A stretch of 64,000 bases of DNA from Lytechinus pictus. Taxonomy: Eukaryota. The DNA lies in NCBI RefSeq assembly GCF_037042905.1, contig NC_087245.1, positions 9,116,001 to 9,180,000 on the forward strand, written 5' to 3'. Below are positions 60,866 to 64,000 of the stretch, piece by piece. Positions within the stretch are counted from its first letter, which is position 1. The number at the start of each line of letters is the position of its first letter. The position numbers and the translations under genes were made by a program. Under the pieces are notes generated by a model that had not been told where the DNA came from, searched no databases, and saw nothing but the letters and a program-made list of their open reading frames with translations.

Positions 60866-61457
60866 AAGGTCAAGTTCACCCCAGAAGAATGTTGATTTGA
60901 ATTTTTTAAAAGAAGAAAAATCAGAATATTGCTAAAAATTTCTTCAAAAAGTTAATCATGACATTTTAAAGTTTCGTTTATTTTTCACAAAACAGTGATA
61001 TGCACAACTCAGTGACATGTTAATGAGACAGTCGATGATGTCCCTCACTCACTATTTCTTTTGTTTTTTCTTGTTTGAATTATAGAATATTTCACTTTTT
61101 ACAGATTTGAAAATAAGGACAAACTTGACTGAACTGGCTGAACCATATAGTCTTAAACATTATAATTCCACATGTTCATGGAGGAATAAATTGTTGCTTC
61201 ACTTGACAGTGAGGAGAAAATTTGAATATATCATATAATGAAATACAAAAGAAATAGTGAGTGGATGACGTCATCAGTCTCCTCATTTGCATACCGGGTG
61301 TGCATATAACTGTTTTCTGAAATTATGCGAAACTTTAAAATGTCATAACTATCTTATTTTACATCCGATTTAGATGAAACTTTCAGTTTTATGATTGTTG
61401 GATTTTTTTCCTTTTATTCAAATAATATTTTTGTTTCGGTGGACAAGCTTGTCCTTT
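60866..61457. mobile_element. Kolobok-like element, same family as 12639-13414
   Basis: TTAA|AGGTCAAGTTCACCCC ... GTGGAC..TTGTCCT|TTA; shared internal motifs such as CTCACTCACTATTTCTTTT. Confidence 0.7.
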
Positions 61458-64000
61458 ATATTTGGATTAACCCATTAATCTATGACCCTTTATTTTAAAT
61501 TCTTGAAACGCCCCCCCCCCCAAAAAAAAAAAAGACGTTATATGTTAAAACTGTTCAGTAGCATAGCCCTGACAAGCAGGGGTATATGGGGAAGCTAAAG
61601 CACCCAAAGATTTTGTCTGCTGATGCTGGTTATACACCATCAACATCCCGTTGAAATCAGGTTGGTATGCTTAAGATGTTGACTATATCATGATAAGATT
61701 CACCCTAACTTCGAAGCGAAAACACTTTTTTACCTGTCAATTTGTTTTTAAACCAACAACACCTCTTCAAAATCTTTCCCAGGTCCCTGCTCAATAATAC
61801 AACGTTTAACAAACAATGATACTCTCTTGCCCGGGAGCCGCTCCCTCGCAGAAAAAAACAACCTGTTTTGTTTTGTTGTAGGCATTGATGCTAGGGGAAT
61901 CACAAACCTCCAATCGGATATATCATGTACAAAATGCTAATCCATTCACTTGAAAATATCTAAGTTCTCTCACAGCCAAGCAACTGAAAATAATTTTCAG
62001 GATGCGGTAATGCAGCCAAAAAAATCCGTAATTTACTGCTTATCTTTTTACCCGATTTTATACGGTATTATAATTATACTGAGAATGCCAAGTTTCTCTC
62101 AGTCTTGAAGATGATATCTTTTGCTTACAAAGTTCGATCCATGAATGGTTGAAACATATATTCAGACGTGGGACGTACCAGGCCCCAATCCAGGTTGAAT
62201 CTCGTCCTTCCGGTCATGATGAGATATTTCCTAGGAAATTCTGATTCTCGCGAGCATCCCTTGATCCAGATATCATGGATGGTTTGGGGGCCACTTGCCG
62301 ACAAAACAAAGTTTCACGACCGAGTACCCGCCCCCCTCCGCTAGAACCTTTGTCCTTCATTCACGGTGCCGCCACTAGATATTATGATTTCTATTTGTGC
62401 TCTGATTTTCTGCCTTTGTTTTATTTACTGTAGGATATGTTAGGGGGTTACTGATAAGGAATAGTTGTATCATTACTCTTATCAATTATTGTCAGTAGCA
62501 TTAGGAGTAGGCCTATTTTATAATTATTGATATTATCATAATAATTATGATTATCTTCATTAGGATAATTACCATTATTATTATTTTCATCATCATCATC
62601 TTCATCATTATCATCATCATCATCATCACTATCATCCACCATCAGCATAACCATTAGGCCCATATATAAAGTGGAGCAAGAAAATAAAATCTGAGTTGAG
62701 TTTGATTTGTTTCAAGCAATCAAAATGACTGCAAATGTATCAAACATTACAGAACAGTAATGAATGTACAGTAGTTTAATTCAATGAAAAATTAACATTA
62801 ATCATAGGCTACACACCAAAAACATTGTTTGTAGCAACGACAAATTCGAAGCCAGGGGGTCTTCAATCATGAACTGCCTTATAACGTGTTAAAAAATGAT
62901 ATCTTAGTTTTCATTCAATGGATACAAACTAAGATATCATTTTTAACACGTGACATGTTCACGGAAGCATCCGTGATATCAGCCCCACACAATTCCTCCT
63001 GAGATCGGCATAATGCCTTTGGATCGTTAATTGTTTGCTTTTTTTATTGGTTCCCCACGGTGAAATGGGGGAAACCCCCTCACAATCCCAATAATCTTGG
63101 CAAGGGAAATTGGGGAAACAAAAAGGATAAGATATCATAATTCATGTTAATTCAACTCGGAAAATAATAATAAAAGATTGAAGAAAAAACATCGTTCATT
63201 CGGGGCGGGACGCTTCCTTCTGAATAGTTTGTTTAATTTTGTCATAGTCATTATTATTCAGTTCTTAAAGGGCAAGTCCACCCCATCAAAAAGTTTATTT
63301 GAATTAAAGAGAAAACAATCTAAGAACACTGGAAATTCATCAAAATCTGATGTAGAATAAGAAAGTTGTGTTACTTCAAAGATTCGCTTAATTTCTCAAA
63401 ACGGTATAAGGCCTTAATGCAAATCTTGGTGATTATGCAAATGGAGGGACTGATGACATCACCCACTCACTATTTCTTTTATATACCGTATATATGAAAT
63501 ATGACATTCAATTATCTCCCCATGGTCATGTCAATCAAAGTTTTATTCCTCCCTGAACATGTGCAGTTAACCATTGTTTTGAGCTCCAACCAAGAGGGTC
63601 CTTATTGTCAAATATGTAAATATTGGAATATTGTGTAATTCGAACAATAAAAAAAAAAGAAATAGTGAGTGAGGGGCGTCATCGACTTCATCTTCTTCTC
63701 CTTCTCCTTACATGTATGTTGGTTTGAGTGGCGATTAGTCATATTTGACTGTGGTCGCCATTGACTTTATCTAAAAAAATCTCACTTCTCACATAACAAT
63801 ATTCTCACGTTTGCATCACTGATGATGTGAAAAGTTAGTGTTTATCAATGGAGGCTGTCAGATAATATCAAATAATCAATATTGAAATGTGGACACTGAG
63901 GGGATAGTGAAATGATAGTTTTGCAGAAATGTCAATTGAAAATAGTAGGAAAAGGCAATGATAATGATGTTTTAAGGTGAATATTAATGAATGAAGGAGT

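Noticed and set aside
62090..62380. GC-richer island as a possible exon
   Set aside because: Only short frames (about 60 codons or fewer), with no convincing splice pair or recognisable motif.

Overview
AT-rich, intron-containing animal genomic DNA. The repeat landscape resembles a marine invertebrate such as a sea urchin (inference only). Four genes were reconstructed by hand from splice sites and translations: (1) the 3' seven coding exons of an SLCO/OATP organic-anion transporter (+, 828-5796); (2) a divergent dCMP deaminase (DCTD-like, -, 8595 to ~12595, start exon uncertain); (3) a 1187-aa LRR-Ig-TM receptor without a TIR domain, encoded in a single coding exon (+, 36438-40001); (4) a ~226-aa uncharacterised protein (-, 58452-51959). 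About 14.5 kb directly upstream of the LRR gene is a recent tandem triplication of a ~5-kb unit with copy-specific insertions. Inside it, a 406-bp tandem/inverted repeat sitting in (TA)n carries a tRNA-like cloverleaf with a TCA (UGA-reading) anticodon, A/B boxes and an immediate T6 terminator; this is the most unusual signal in the window. Also present: a near-full-length decayed CR1/L2-group LINE (containing a 25-bp P-element-like footprint), a TSD-flanked L1/Tx1 3' fragment, a tRNA-SINE, a perfect 216-bp spacerless palindrome, Penelope-like inverted ends with hammerhead remnants, and many TIR elements. All coordinates were read manually and no searches were run.
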